64,000 bases of DNA from Candidatus Poribacteria bacterium (lineage in GTDB: Bacteria; Poribacteria; WGA-4E; WGA-3G): contig OZ242029.1 of assembly GCA_965205015.1 (NCBI GenBank), positions 992,001 through 1,056,000 of the forward strand. The letters are read 5' to 3'. This document shows, piece by piece, positions 47,089 through 56,857 of the stretch. The notes under the pieces were generated by a model that ran no database searches, had not been told where the DNA came from, and was given only the letters and a program-made list of their open reading frames with translations. How positions within the stretch are numbered: the first letter of the stretch is position 1; each line of letters opens with the position of its first letter. A program made the position numbers and the translations under genes.

Positions 47089-47327
47089 CATGTAGGGGCA
47101 GGTCTTGTACCTGCCCAAACCAGAAACCACCACATCAGCATGTAGGGACAGGTCTTGTACCTGCCCAAACCAGAAACCACCACATCAGCATGTAGGGGCA
47201 GGTCTTGTACCTGCCCAAACCAGAAACCACCACATCAGCATGTAGGGACAGGTCTTGTACCTGCCCAAACCAGAAACCACCACATCAGCATGTAGGGGCA
47301 GGTCTTGTACCTGCCCAAACCAGAAAC
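47089..47327. repeat. Tandem array of ~5 copies of a 50-bp unit containing a GTAG-type REP palindrome
   Basis: tgtaggg(g/a)caggtcttgtacctgcccaaaccagaaaccaccacatcagca at 47091, 47141, 47191, 47241, 47291. Confidence 0.95.
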
Positions 47328-47333
47328 TGCTAA

Positions 47334-48707
47334 TTAGAACCAAGACACCCGCGTCCTTCGCAGGAGATACGTCAGGTTCCCAACAGATAGAAGGGCAGTA
47401 ATTGCTACAGATAACGCGACAGACAAAAGCCACCAGGTTTCGATTAACCCGTACGCCAACAGAAAATTGAGAATTGCCATTGTCACCATATTTGTGAAAA
47501 TAGCGCGGTATGCCCTTTGCGCGTAAAGTCCGGCATTCAGCACAGGTATCAGACAAGAAAATATCATTCCCGTGCTGAGCCAAAAGAGGAGTTGCCCTAT
47601 CAATTCAATTGACGTCTGATCGATTGTCCCTCTCCCATACAAGAGTGAACTGATCCTTCCGTGAAATATCAGCAAGACCAAGGTTACCGGAAATCCGATA
47701 ATTATAGCCGCACGTGCGTTTCGGTTGAGGCTACGCCCTAATTCCGCTTTATCGCCTGTCGCGTCGTGCTCGGTGGTCCCGTGATCACGATCATCGTGAT
47801 TTGACCCGAAACTCGTGCTTTGCTGCCTTGTATTGGCGTTGAGTTTCGGATTAAGTGCTACGGCTGTCGCCATCTCGGGTAAGCCAGTTGTTGCGATACT
47901 GATACCGATGAGTGTCTGCAGCGCTGAAAAGATTTGGAAGGCAGACTTATAGAGTGTGATAGCCCCACTTCCAAGTTGTGAAACAAGGTACACCTCAACC
48001 AGCAAGCGGTTTACGATTTGTCGTATCCCGAAGCCGAGCGTCGGAAGAGCAACCGTGTTTTTCAAAGAACGCAGCGTGTCCACAGAAACGCCCGTGAATT
48101 CATATCGATGTCCTATTCGATATGCTCCGATGCCCAACCACCCAAAGTAAGCAATAAAGCCGCCAGTGTATGCCATCGCCACCCAGTTTTCAAGGCGCTG
48201 TGTATTCCATAGGAGCAAAAATATAAACGCTGCAGTGCCAGCAGGTAAGGCGTTTCGGAGTGCCACCGTCTTGAAATGTCGCTGGCTATTCAGGAAAGCC
48301 CCCAGTACCGTGCTACCACATCCGAAGATAAGGAGAGGGGCGCAAAATCGCAACAGTGTGGTAACTCTCTGGACATCAACAGTTGATTTCCATAACAACC
48401 CACCTGCTATCCACGGCGCGAGCAGCTCAATCAGAATGAAAACTCCGAAGCCAATACTGAGCAACAAAATTAGGAGGCTATTCGTGAAACGTTGGTATTC
48501 GGTGCGTGTCATCTCCTTCCCGTTTGCGACAAAGACCGGAACGAGACTAAATTTGGCACCTTCCCGGACAACCGTATCTACTAACAGCACGACTGTTAAC
48601 GCCACAATGAGCGCATCGGCGGTATCGCTGAATCCGAAGCGTTTTGGAATCAATAGGACCCGGACGAGCAGACTCAACCCCATTCCAGCAAGGGTAATCA
48701 GCATCAC
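47334..48707 (-). CDS. MurJ/MviN-like (MOP superfamily) flippase
   Basis: FG.S..ADA, GAFLNS..HF, SIATTGLP, LLYGRG, ~12 TM helices. Confidence 0.75.
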   Translation of the reverse strand: MMLITLAGMGLSLLVRVLLIPKRFGFSDTADALIVALTVVLLVDTVVREGAKFSLVPVFVANGKEMTRTEYQRFTNSLLILLLSIGFGVFILIELLAPWIAGGLLWKSTVDVQRVTTLLRFCAPLLIFGCGSTVLGAFLNSQRHFKTVALRNALPAGTAAFIFLLLWNTQRLENWVAMAYTGGFIAYFGWLGIGAYRIGHRYEFTGVSVDTLRSLKNTVALPTLGFGIRQIVNRLLVEVYLVSQLGSGAITLYKSAFQIFSALQTLIGISIATTGLPEMATAVALNPKLNANTRQQSTSFGSNHDDRDHGTTEHDATGDKAELGRSLNRNARAAIIIGFPVTLVLLIFHGRISSLLYGRGTIDQTSIELIGQLLFWLSTGMIFSCLIPVLNAGLYAQRAYRAIFTNMVTMAILNFLLAYGLIETWWLLSVALSVAITALLSVGNLTYLLRRTRVSWF

Positions 48708-48904
48708 CCAAAACGTTTTTTTAATTTTTCCTTGCGGAGGAACGACGCGCGTTAGAACTTTAGCGTGCGTTTCTTAAATCCGCCCTCCATTTCATTACGG
48801 GCTACAGCTTACCCAATTCAGAAGCCTGCAACAACGGCGCAGGCGGCTGGACGCAACGGAACCTTTCATTCATCCAATTCACCTGACCGAACGGCAAGGT
48901 AAAA

Positions 48905-49903
48905 TTAAGAATTCCAGGTTTCGGGTAGATTTTTGCGAATCTCAATGTCTGTAAACAGTGTGGAAGCCCGCGGTCCAACGGACTGTGCCCATGTTGCCAT
49001 TCTCTGTAAGCCCTCTGGAAGCGAGACTTCGGATGTCGTCCCAAAGACCTTTTGAAACTTCTCGTGTGTGCAATAGGCATGTTTCACCTCTTCTCTTGCA
49101 CGCACGTTGATAACAGAGACTTCCTTTCCCATCGCTGTCATCACCAAGTCTGCCAATTCGTTGACGGATACATGCTCGTCCGATCCGACGTTGAACACCT
49201 CTCCGGCTGCTTCGGGTATGTCAACGGCATGCGCGATGTGTGGAGCAACATCCGCAATATGCGTGAAGGCGCGCGTCTGCTCACCGTCCCCAAAGATAAC
49301 TAACGGTTCCCCCTGCATAATATTATTCATGAAAATGCCGATGACGTTTCGATACTTGTCCCCGATATTCTGGAGTTCACCGTAGACGTTGTGGGGACGG
49401 AAAATGGTATACTCCAAACCGAAAAGCCGCTTTGCGACAGCGAGTTCCTGTTCAACGGCATATTTAGCGATGCCGTAAGAATCCTCGGGCATAGGCGTGA
49501 GTGCCTCATGCATCGGAAGTTGGTTCGCACCGTAGACAGCGATGGAAGAGGTGAACACAAACCGCTTGACGTCGTGGTTCACCGCTGCATTGATGAGGTT
49601 TACACTGCCAATGAGGTTGTTCTGGTAGTTAAATCGTTTAATAAAGTGACTGAGCCCTTCCGCTGCATACGCGGCGAGATGATAGATATAGTCGAATTGG
49701 TATTGCTCACAGAGTTTATTTATGAGTTGCGCGTCAAGGATGCTTCCTTCAACAAAGGTTACGGCAGGATTGAGATTCTCACGGAAGCCGCCACTGAGGT
49801 CATCAAGTGCAACAACGTCTGTGTTACCTTGTTCGAGCAGTTCATTAACGACGTGCGCGCCCATAAAGCCCGCGCCACCTGTGACTAATGCTTTATTTTT
49901 CAT
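48905..49903 (-). CDS. NAD-dependent epimerase/dehydratase (UDP-sugar 4-epimerase-like)
   Basis: TGGAGFMG, HLAA, SSIAVYG, YGIAK. Confidence 0.92.
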   Translation of the reverse strand: MKNKALVTGGAGFMGAHVVNELLEQGNTDVVALDDLSGGFRENLNPAVTFVEGSILDAQLINKLCEQYQFDYIYHLAAYAAEGLSHFIKRFNYQNNLIGSVNLINAAVNHDVKRFVFTSSIAVYGANQLPMHEALTPMPEDSYGIAKYAVEQELAVAKRLFGLEYTIFRPHNVYGELQNIGDKYRNVIGIFMNNIMQGEPLVIFGDGEQTRAFTHIADVAPHIAHAVDIPEAAGEVFNVGSDEHVSVNELADLVMTAMGKEVSVINVRAREEVKHAYCTHEKFQKVFGTTSEVSLPEGLQRMATWAQSVGPRASTLFTDIEIRKNLPETWNS

Positions 49904-50044
49904 GTTTGGTTGGCACTATTCCTTATTATTTTAGTACTACGAGCCGTCTTGCCTGTTTGTACGTCGGCGTTTCTAACTCACAAATATAAACTCCATTCGC
50001 TACGTGCTCCCCTAATTCGTTCATAATGGGTAGCCATTAAAATG

Positions 50045-51247
50045 CTACAAAAATTGTTGGTAGACCTTCATAATTTTTTCATAGTGAACCTCGGCGTTAA
50101 ACTCTGTCTCCACCTTTTGGCGACCCATGCGCCCCATCTCAACAGCTTCGCTTTTATGCTCGAACATCCACAACAACCGTTCTTGTAGCGCGTCTTTTCC
50201 ACCCGCTGGAAAGAGAAATCCATCAACGCCATCTTCAATGATTTCGGGAATCCCACCGATATCAGCACCGATCGCTGGCTTGCCGTAGGCGTAAGATTCT
50301 AAAATAGACATCGGGCAGTTTTCGTACAGCTCGGAGGGCAAGACCATACAAATGCTATTCTGAATCAATTCTCGGAGCGCATCGCCCTGTTTAAAACCGA
50401 GCAGATGAATATGCTCACATTCATTTTCTTCAAGCATACGTTGGATTTCAGGCACCGCCTCACCATCCCCGACAATATAAAGCGGTACGTGTTTGAGTGG
50501 CATCGCTGCTTCTATCAACGTAAAAATTCCTTTAGCCCGATACAACCGCCCGAAATAGAGAAGATAGTCCCCGGTTTTGAAACTCGGCGTGATGTCGGAG
50601 ACATCAACAAAGTTGTGTACAGTTGATATTTTATGTTCAGGAATACCGTACGAGATCATTTTTTTTCGGTTGAAGTGACATACCGAGATGAAATGGTCAA
50701 ATTTGTTATGTGAACCCAGTATCCGAGAGAAATAAGATTCGGTAACGCTTAACGTAGTACGAGCGAGCGAGCCCTTATTGCACCGTTTCGGGAGTGCCCG
50801 CCAAAAGTGCTTACCAGCACAGGCTTCACAAATTTCATCGTTTGAGATATGACTATGAACTGGACACGTCAACTTAAAATCGTGTAACGTCTGAATGAGT
50901 GGGATCCCTGCTTTTTTGAACTCGTTCAAGATTGAGGCGGTCAGCTTACCGTAGTAGATGTGAAAATGTGCGAGGTCAATTTTTGTGTCCTTTAGTAACC
51001 GCCGAATTGCGTTAACAGCATCGTATGAATAGAGAAAGCGCAACAAGTCGCCTACCGCCGGCTGCTCAAAATTTGCGCCGCGCGGGAAATAGCGTTCCCA
51101 TTCAGACGACTCATTTTCAGGATTTGCTGCCGTAAACGGGATGACTCGGTGTCCATGCTTTCTTAACAACTCAGCGAGGACAAAAAAATAGCGATCAGAA
51201 CCGCCGCGGACATAATGATTTTGTGAGACATTCAGAATAGTGTGCAT
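50045..51247 (-). CDS. GT4 glycosyltransferase
   Basis: GGSDRY, TLHD, FGRL..AKG, YENCPMSILE. Confidence 0.9.
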   Translation of the reverse strand: MHTILNVSQNHYVRGGSDRYFFVLAELLRKHGHRVIPFTAANPENESSEWERYFPRGANFEQPAVGDLLRFLYSYDAVNAIRRLLKDTKIDLAHFHIYYGKLTASILNEFKKAGIPLIQTLHDFKLTCPVHSHISNDEICEACAGKHFWRALPKRCNKGSLARTTLSVTESYFSRILGSHNKFDHFISVCHFNRKKMISYGIPEHKISTVHNFVDVSDITPSFKTGDYLLYFGRLYRAKGIFTLIEAAMPLKHVPLYIVGDGEAVPEIQRMLEENECEHIHLLGFKQGDALRELIQNSICMVLPSELYENCPMSILESYAYGKPAIGADIGGIPEIIEDGVDGFLFPAGGKDALQERLLWMFEHKSEAVEMGRMGRQKVETEFNAEVHYEKIMKVYQQFL

Positions 51248-51292
51248 ATTCTGCTAAGGTTGGTGTTATTGTTTTGATTTCAGTTTTTCCAT

Positions 51293-52045
51293 TTAGGTTC
51301 TGACAAACTGAGAATACACATCTCGGACCGTTTTAAAGCCAGGGAGCATATAGTCCGGACGTGCTTGCAATTCGAGCGGTGGATGGTTTTCTCCCAAAAC
51401 AGCCGAAGCCGTCGTTTCTGTATAGAATCCGCCATGGGTTAACTTTGCCAATTCTTTCACTTCAACAGCCTGGCCCGTCCCAACATCATAGGTGCCGATA
51501 ATATTTAAATTTTCAACATAGCGAACGGCACGAACCACATCCTCTACGTGGATATAGTCTCGGCGAAAGGGATAGAATACATAGCGAAGCGTCCGCTGCA
51601 TGAGTTTTTCAGGTACAGAATGGTTTTCAGGTGGACGATTGTCCTCAGCCCCATACACATTGTAGAGTCTTAAAATACAATACTTTTCATTGTTTACGCG
51701 GATGTAGTCCTCAGCGACCCGCTTGGACCATCCATAGTAGGATTTTGGAGAGATCGCTGTGCAAGAGGAAATAAAAATAAGAAAGGCGTTTTCGTGACGC
51801 GCCAGATCAGCAATTTGCTTTGTCGCTTCATAATTCCATTTAAAGATGTCAGGATCTTGATAGAGTGAATTGGCTATTGCACCGCAATGAATAATGGTTG
51901 TCGCTTGTTCTATTGAATCGCGTATTTCGGCAAATAATGTCTCCCATCGCTGAAAACATTGATTTTCATCAAGGGTTTTTGCCGAAGGGTACGCTTGGTG
52001 CAAGTGCCCACCAATATAACCTCTGTTCCCTGTTAGGAAAACCAT
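51293..52045 (-). CDS. NAD-dependent epimerase/dehydratase (short)
   Basis: TGNRGYIG, YGWSK, LRLYNVYG, RDYIHVEDV. Confidence 0.85.
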   Translation of the reverse strand: MVFLTGNRGYIGGHLHQAYPSAKTLDENQCFQRWETLFAEIRDSIEQATTIIHCGAIANSLYQDPDIFKWNYEATKQIADLARHENAFLIFISSCTAISPKSYYGWSKRVAEDYIRVNNEKYCILRLYNVYGAEDNRPPENHSVPEKLMQRTLRYVFYPFRRDYIHVEDVVRAVRYVENLNIIGTYDVGTGQAVEVKELAKLTHGGFYTETTASAVLGENHPPLELQARPDYMLPGFKTVRDVYSQFVRT

Positions 52046-52274
52046 CTAAATCACCTCCCTACACAAAATAGGTATAATCTTTGCCTAAAACAGTGATGCG
52101 GGCGTGAAAACCTTCAGAAACTGTGGAAAAAACCCGCATGCAAGATGCCAATATTGTAACACACTGAACGAAAAATGTCAAATCTCAAATTACCTTGGAA
52201 TCCCCCTCAAGCCCACCAATATTCAGCAGATCAAGCCCTCTGCATTGCACCTATTTTAATCGCGGTAGGTAATC

Positions 52275-53156
52275 TTAAGTCAATAAAGCACTGACCCAAC
52301 TATTAAGCCGTTGCGGGATTGTTGTGAGCTGCGCGCGGAAAAGCGTCAAGTCAGCATCATCGGCAATCGGAACGGTTTTCAGCCGATAGGGGGCAGTCTT
52401 CTGCGTATTCCAACCTATATCCGTCGTACGCGCCGATCGGAACCCGGCTGTTTTCACGATCTCAATTTCGCGTTCGGTATAATCACCGTTCGGATAACTG
52501 AAATGGGAGCATTCAATCTCTAAAAGCTTCTCTAAATCCAGCTTGCTGCCAAGAATTTCTTGCCTACATTCCGTCTCTGTACAGTGTGTTAAAATCGGAT
52601 GGAACTGCGTATGCGGTTGAAAGTCAACGTCCGCTACCATCTTCTTCATTTCGGTGATATTCAGTGCCTGCCTGTCTGGATACCTCTTTTCTGGTTCAAA
52701 GTCAGTCGTATGCTTGAGGGACGCTAACCGCTCACCATTCGGCAGCCTTTTCAGTTTTTCTCTCTCCGCTTTGGACTGCCCTTCTATTTTGAACCAGAAA
52801 TGCCGATGCGTATCAACAATCTGTGTGCAAACAAAGAGTGTCGGACAAATACGGTACTGTGTGAAAAGGGGCAAGAGTTCGATATTACCGACGTGTCCAT
52901 CGTCGATGGTAATTACAACACTCTTTGCGGGTATCTGTGAGAAATCCTCCTGATAAATAGCAGCGACCAAGGTATCAAGTGAGATAACCGTATAATGGTG
53001 CGAGAGATAAGCAAGATGTTTAGCGAAAACAGCCGATTTCGCATCGTGATACATGAGGATAGCGACCCGGTTGCGGCAGAAGCACTCCCGAACGAGGATA
53101 TGTACGCCTAATAAACAGATGAGGGTTGCCACCATATTTTTAAGAAAATCACGCAT
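52275..53156 (-). CDS. Polysaccharide deacetylase (CE4/NodB, IcaB-like)
   Basis: ILMYH, ITIDDG, HTQFHP, FSYPNG. Confidence 0.88.
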   Translation of the reverse strand: MRDFLKNMVATLICLLGVHILVRECFCRNRVAILMYHDAKSAVFAKHLAYLSHHYTVISLDTLVAAIYQEDFSQIPAKSVVITIDDGHVGNIELLPLFTQYRICPTLFVCTQIVDTHRHFWFKIEGQSKAEREKLKRLPNGERLASLKHTTDFEPEKRYPDRQALNITEMKKMVADVDFQPHTQFHPILTHCTETECRQEILGSKLDLEKLLEIECSHFSYPNGDYTEREIEIVKTAGFRSARTTDIGWNTQKTAPYRLKTVPIADDADLTLFRAQLTTIPQRLNSWVSALLT

Positions 53157-53180
53157 CTTTCTACTGAAAACTATTCCCTA

Positions 53181-54098
53181 TTATTTTGCCAACCCAGTGA
53201 GGAGCACCGGATATGGAAAGCCTGCATCGACGATCCGTGTATTCGCGAAGGGTTTATAATGCACTATGCCTATCTGTTTAGTCGTCAGTACTGGATCAGT
53301 GCCATCGACAATAACACGCTCTATTTTAGTCGCATCTGAGTGTCCCCACCAATTGTTGGTCACCACTAAGTCAAATTTCACATTTAAACGGAGTGCAAAA
53401 ATATTTGTGTTCAGGTTGTTATTTTGAATAATAGATTGGACATTCTCACAGAAGATCCCCGTCTCATTTTTGGTGATAGTGTTGCTCTCAATCTTTGGAC
53501 GCGTTTGGCGACCGATCGTACTGATTCCTATGTGGTTGTCAAGAATGTCGTTGTGTTGAAGGCGAGCGTCACTCCCATCTAAAGCGATAGCAGTTTTGTT
53601 TAAACGAAGGATGCATTCTGCAATAGTTGGGGATGTCGTTTTGATATCAAGAGCAATCGTGGTATGCTCTATAACCGCCCCTCTGACAAAACTCTCTAAA
53701 TCGTGTGTATGGTCAAAGAGGATTCCGTTCCAATCACTGGGGGCAGGTTCGACAGTGTCGGATGTGAGATGCACGAGTCGAGTCACCTCATCTTGATCTA
53801 AAGGTGTTCCGATCTTTAGAATACCCTTCACTGTGAGAAGCGCATTCTGTCCAAATTTAACAGTCGTGCCGGGTGGTATGTTGAGGGTTATATTCTGTGG
53901 CACCTCCAATGTCCCCTGTACAATATACGTTTTCTCGGGGTCCCACGTTTCATTCTCAGTAAGTCGATGGTCTTCAAGAACAATTTCGGAGTTCTCTTCA
54001 GGAACTACGGGATTAGATGGCTCTTGGGGCGTACAACCGAGACTGACTGCCAAACCGAAGCAGAAGATTAACAGACAGTGTATGAATCGAATTTTCAT
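53181..54098 (-). CDS. Right-handed parallel beta-helix lipoprotein
   Basis: Lipobox SLGC, TLNIPPGTTVKF, DWNGI, N..GI repeats, NNWWG. Confidence 0.75.
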   Translation of the reverse strand: MKIRFIHCLLIFCFGLAVSLGCTPQEPSNPVVPEENSEIVLEDHRLTENETWDPEKTYIVQGTLEVPQNITLNIPPGTTVKFGQNALLTVKGILKIGTPLDQDEVTRLVHLTSDTVEPAPSDWNGILFDHTHDLESFVRGAVIEHTTIALDIKTTSPTIAECILRLNKTAIALDGSDARLQHNDILDNHIGISTIGRQTRPKIESNTITKNETGIFCENVQSIIQNNNLNTNIFALRLNVKFDLVVTNNWWGHSDATKIERVIVDGTDPVLTTKQIGIVHYKPFANTRIVDAGFPYPVLLTGLAK

Positions 54099-54232
54099 TT
54101 TCGTATGGGCTTTTCCAGTTATGTCAGTACGACGCGAATCGTATAAAAGTTGCGATTTGTAGGGTTTGTTGCAGTTTACGGAAATTTTCATCAAAAAATT
54201 TGGATGTGAAGGTTAACCTTAGTGACAACGCC

Positions 54233-56800
54233 TCAGAGTCTTGGATCAACAGCCTCACTTTCGAGTGCCAAAATCCCGAAAACGCATTCGTGAACACGAG
54301 ACAAAGGTTCGCGATGAACGAAACGCTCAAGTGCCTCAACACCTAACGCAAATTCTCGCAGTGCGAGGGAACGTTTGTGAGAGAGTCCACGGGAACGGAG
54401 ACGTTCTAAGTTGCGAGGCAAGGTATATTCAGGTCCATAGATGATCCGCAAGTATTCACGTCCTCGGCACTTTACAGCGGGTTGGACTAATCCGCGCGTG
54501 CCTTGAACGATAAAATCCAAAGGCTTGATGACTGTGCCTTCACCGCCTTGTCCGGTGAGTTCTTTCCACTGCTGGATCGCCTCAGTTTGGCTTGTGTCGT
54601 CAGTTAGGTCAACCCTTCCGTAGGGCGTCGCGAAGAGCAGGTCGTTTTCAGAGCTTTGACAAAGTTTGGTAAGAATTTCCATGTGCCACAGATGGTCTCT
54701 GTCAAAATAGACTGTACCTTCCGTGGCAAGCAGGTGGAATGGGGCGAGTTTCAGATCTGTAATAGATTGGACATGCCAACAGTATTGCTGGTAAGCGTTG
54801 ACGTATTCGGTCACAGCCTCCGTGCGTTGACGATAGTCATCCAATATATGACTCACGTCAATACCTCTCTCGGCAGCAGTTTCTAAGGAGACGACCGCTT
54901 CTTTCAAAGCGATACGAGCTGATACACCTACCGGGGCATACTGCTGTCGTAATAGCTCCTGAGCCTTAACCGACCAAGGCATTAACTCACAGTCAAGACA
55001 GATCCAATCCGTGTTAAAGGTCTCCCAATAATTGACCGTGTCTATTGCCGTTTTCACCTGTCTCAATAGTTCGGTTTCAATCCTGATATCCTCAAAGAAA
55101 CGTCTGCCGGTTCGTGTGTAACAGATACCAAGGGTGTCGTCCGTAACACCAAATCGCTTTTTTGCGGTTTCTGGATCTCGACAAACGATAACGATAGCGC
55201 GTGATCCCATGTGTTTTTCCTGCCAGACGACATGGGATACACCCTGTTTCCGATAATAAGCGAAACCTTCCACTGGGTGTTCAAGTAAGCCGGGGCTGCT
55301 TGTCGTTTCGGTTGGGGACATTGTCGGTGGAAGGTATATAAGCCACTTCGGGTTTACAGCGAAACGACTCATCACCTCCAGCGCGGTTATTGCATTCTCT
55401 TCACGGATTGTTACATTGTGATGTAAACGTGTGTGGATAACGCGCCTTCCTAATACATCATTGATGTTCAGGATATCACTGGACGGCTGCGTTTTAATAG
55501 TACGGGATCGGGAATCGGAGCGCCCTCTTACAGGAATTGGTTTCGTCGGTTCATAATAGGTCTGGTGTGCGGGGACAGACACAAGTTCTTTTTCAGGGTA
55601 TCGTAACGCTGTGAGCGTGCCACCGAAAACACATCCTGTATCAATGTTGATTGTTCGGTTCATCCATTGCGGTTCGGCAACCGGTGTGTGTCCATAGACC
55701 ACCATCGCATCACCGCGATATTCATCAGCCCAATTGCTCCGAATTGGTAAGCCGAACTCATCAGTTTCTCCGGTGGTTTCTCCATAGAGTGCGAATTCTC
55801 GTACGCGCCCTGAGGCTCTGCCTTGTAATTCCGCCTTCATTCCCGCATGCGCAACGACTAACTTCCCGTTGTCAAGTACATAGTGGCTCACCAAACCATC
55901 TATGAATTCTGCGATCTGTGTCTTGAATTCGGTCGATTCCTTCTCCAACTGTGAGAGAGTTTCCGCGAGTCCGTGTGTCGGATTCACTTTTCTACCGTGA
56001 AGCGCACGTACCAGTTTTATGTCGTGATTCCCCGGCACGCAGATAGCTGCATCCGCCTTCTGCATCCGCATAACGAGACGTAACACCTCGGAGACTTTTG
56101 GACCCCGGTCAACAAAATCGCCGACAAAAATCGCTTTTCTGCCCTCCGGCGGCTTAACGATGGTTTCCCCATCCGGCTGCGTTGAAATTTCGTAACCGAG
56201 TTCTTTGAGCAGCTCAACAAGTTCATCAAAACAACCGTGAATATCTCCAATGATGTCAAACGGTCCCTGCTCGTTTGTGCGGTTCGTCCACAATGGCTGC
56301 CGTTCTATACGGGTAGCTTCAACAACTTCGGGTGTAGACATTACATAGACGAAATTCCGAAAGCCTTCACGTTTGAGATTGCGTAGTGATCGACGAAGTT
56401 GTTGGCTCTGCTGACGAATAACGTGGGGTTTTAAATTTCGGTCAGGACGCGCCTCGTTTCTTTCTTGACAGAGTTTTGGGGGCATGTTAAACACAAGGGC
56501 AACGGTCAAGTAGTGGTATTCACGCGCCAGCGTCAACAAAGGCTTTCGTGCCTCAACCTGGACGTTTGTTGCGTCAATGACTGTCAATTTCCCAGCAGCA
56601 AGCCGTTTCGCTGCGATGAAACGCAGCACCTCAAAAGCATCAGCCGTTGCCGCCTGGTCGGTTTCATCGTCTGAAACAAGTCCTCTACAAAAATCCGACG
56701 AGAGAATCTCGGTCGGCTTAAAATGCTTACGGGCAAAGGTGGACTTACCTGAACCCGAAGGTCCAATGAGGAGTACGAGTGAAGGTTCAGGGATTTTCAT
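54233..56800 (-). CDS. pnkp: Bacterial polynucleotide kinase-phosphatase-ligase Pnkp
   Basis: Kinase GPSGSGKST; phosphoesterase GDIHG, GDFVDRG, GNHD; adenylyltransferase EKHMGSR, GEG.VIKP, KCRG. Confidence 0.95.
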   Translation of the reverse strand: MKIPEPSLVLLIGPSGSGKSTFARKHFKPTEILSSDFCRGLVSDDETDQAATADAFEVLRFIAAKRLAAGKLTVIDATNVQVEARKPLLTLAREYHYLTVALVFNMPPKLCQERNEARPDRNLKPHVIRQQSQQLRRSLRNLKREGFRNFVYVMSTPEVVEATRIERQPLWTNRTNEQGPFDIIGDIHGCFDELVELLKELGYEISTQPDGETIVKPPEGRKAIFVGDFVDRGPKVSEVLRLVMRMQKADAAICVPGNHDIKLVRALHGRKVNPTHGLAETLSQLEKESTEFKTQIAEFIDGLVSHYVLDNGKLVVAHAGMKAELQGRASGRVREFALYGETTGETDEFGLPIRSNWADEYRGDAMVVYGHTPVAEPQWMNRTINIDTGCVFGGTLTALRYPEKELVSVPAHQTYYEPTKPIPVRGRSDSRSRTIKTQPSSDILNINDVLGRRVIHTRLHHNVTIREENAITALEVMSRFAVNPKWLIYLPPTMSPTETTSSPGLLEHPVEGFAYYRKQGVSHVVWQEKHMGSRAIVIVCRDPETAKKRFGVTDDTLGICYTRTGRRFFEDIRIETELLRQVKTAIDTVNYWETFNTDWICLDCELMPWSVKAQELLRQQYAPVGVSARIALKEAVVSLETAAERGIDVSHILDDYRQRTEAVTEYVNAYQQYCWHVQSITDLKLAPFHLLATEGTVYFDRDHLWHMEILTKLCQSSENDLLFATPYGRVDLTDDTSQTEAIQQWKELTGQGGEGTVIKPLDFIVQGTRGLVQPAVKCRGREYLRIIYGPEYTLPRNLERLRSRGLSHKRSLALREFALGVEALERFVHREPLSRVHECVFGILALESEAVDPRL

Positions 56801-56857
56801 TTTTTGATTTTTCCTTGCGGTTCAGTCTACGTTGTTTCTCTTGAGTCGCCTTCTACT

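Noticed and set aside
47089-47327. Possible CRISPR array
   Set aside because: Inter-palindrome segments are identical rather than unique spacers, and there are no cas genes; it is a tandem REP array
46830-47583. ORFs 46830..47183 and 47185..47583
   Set aside because: Products of the 50-bp repeat and alternative frames of real genes
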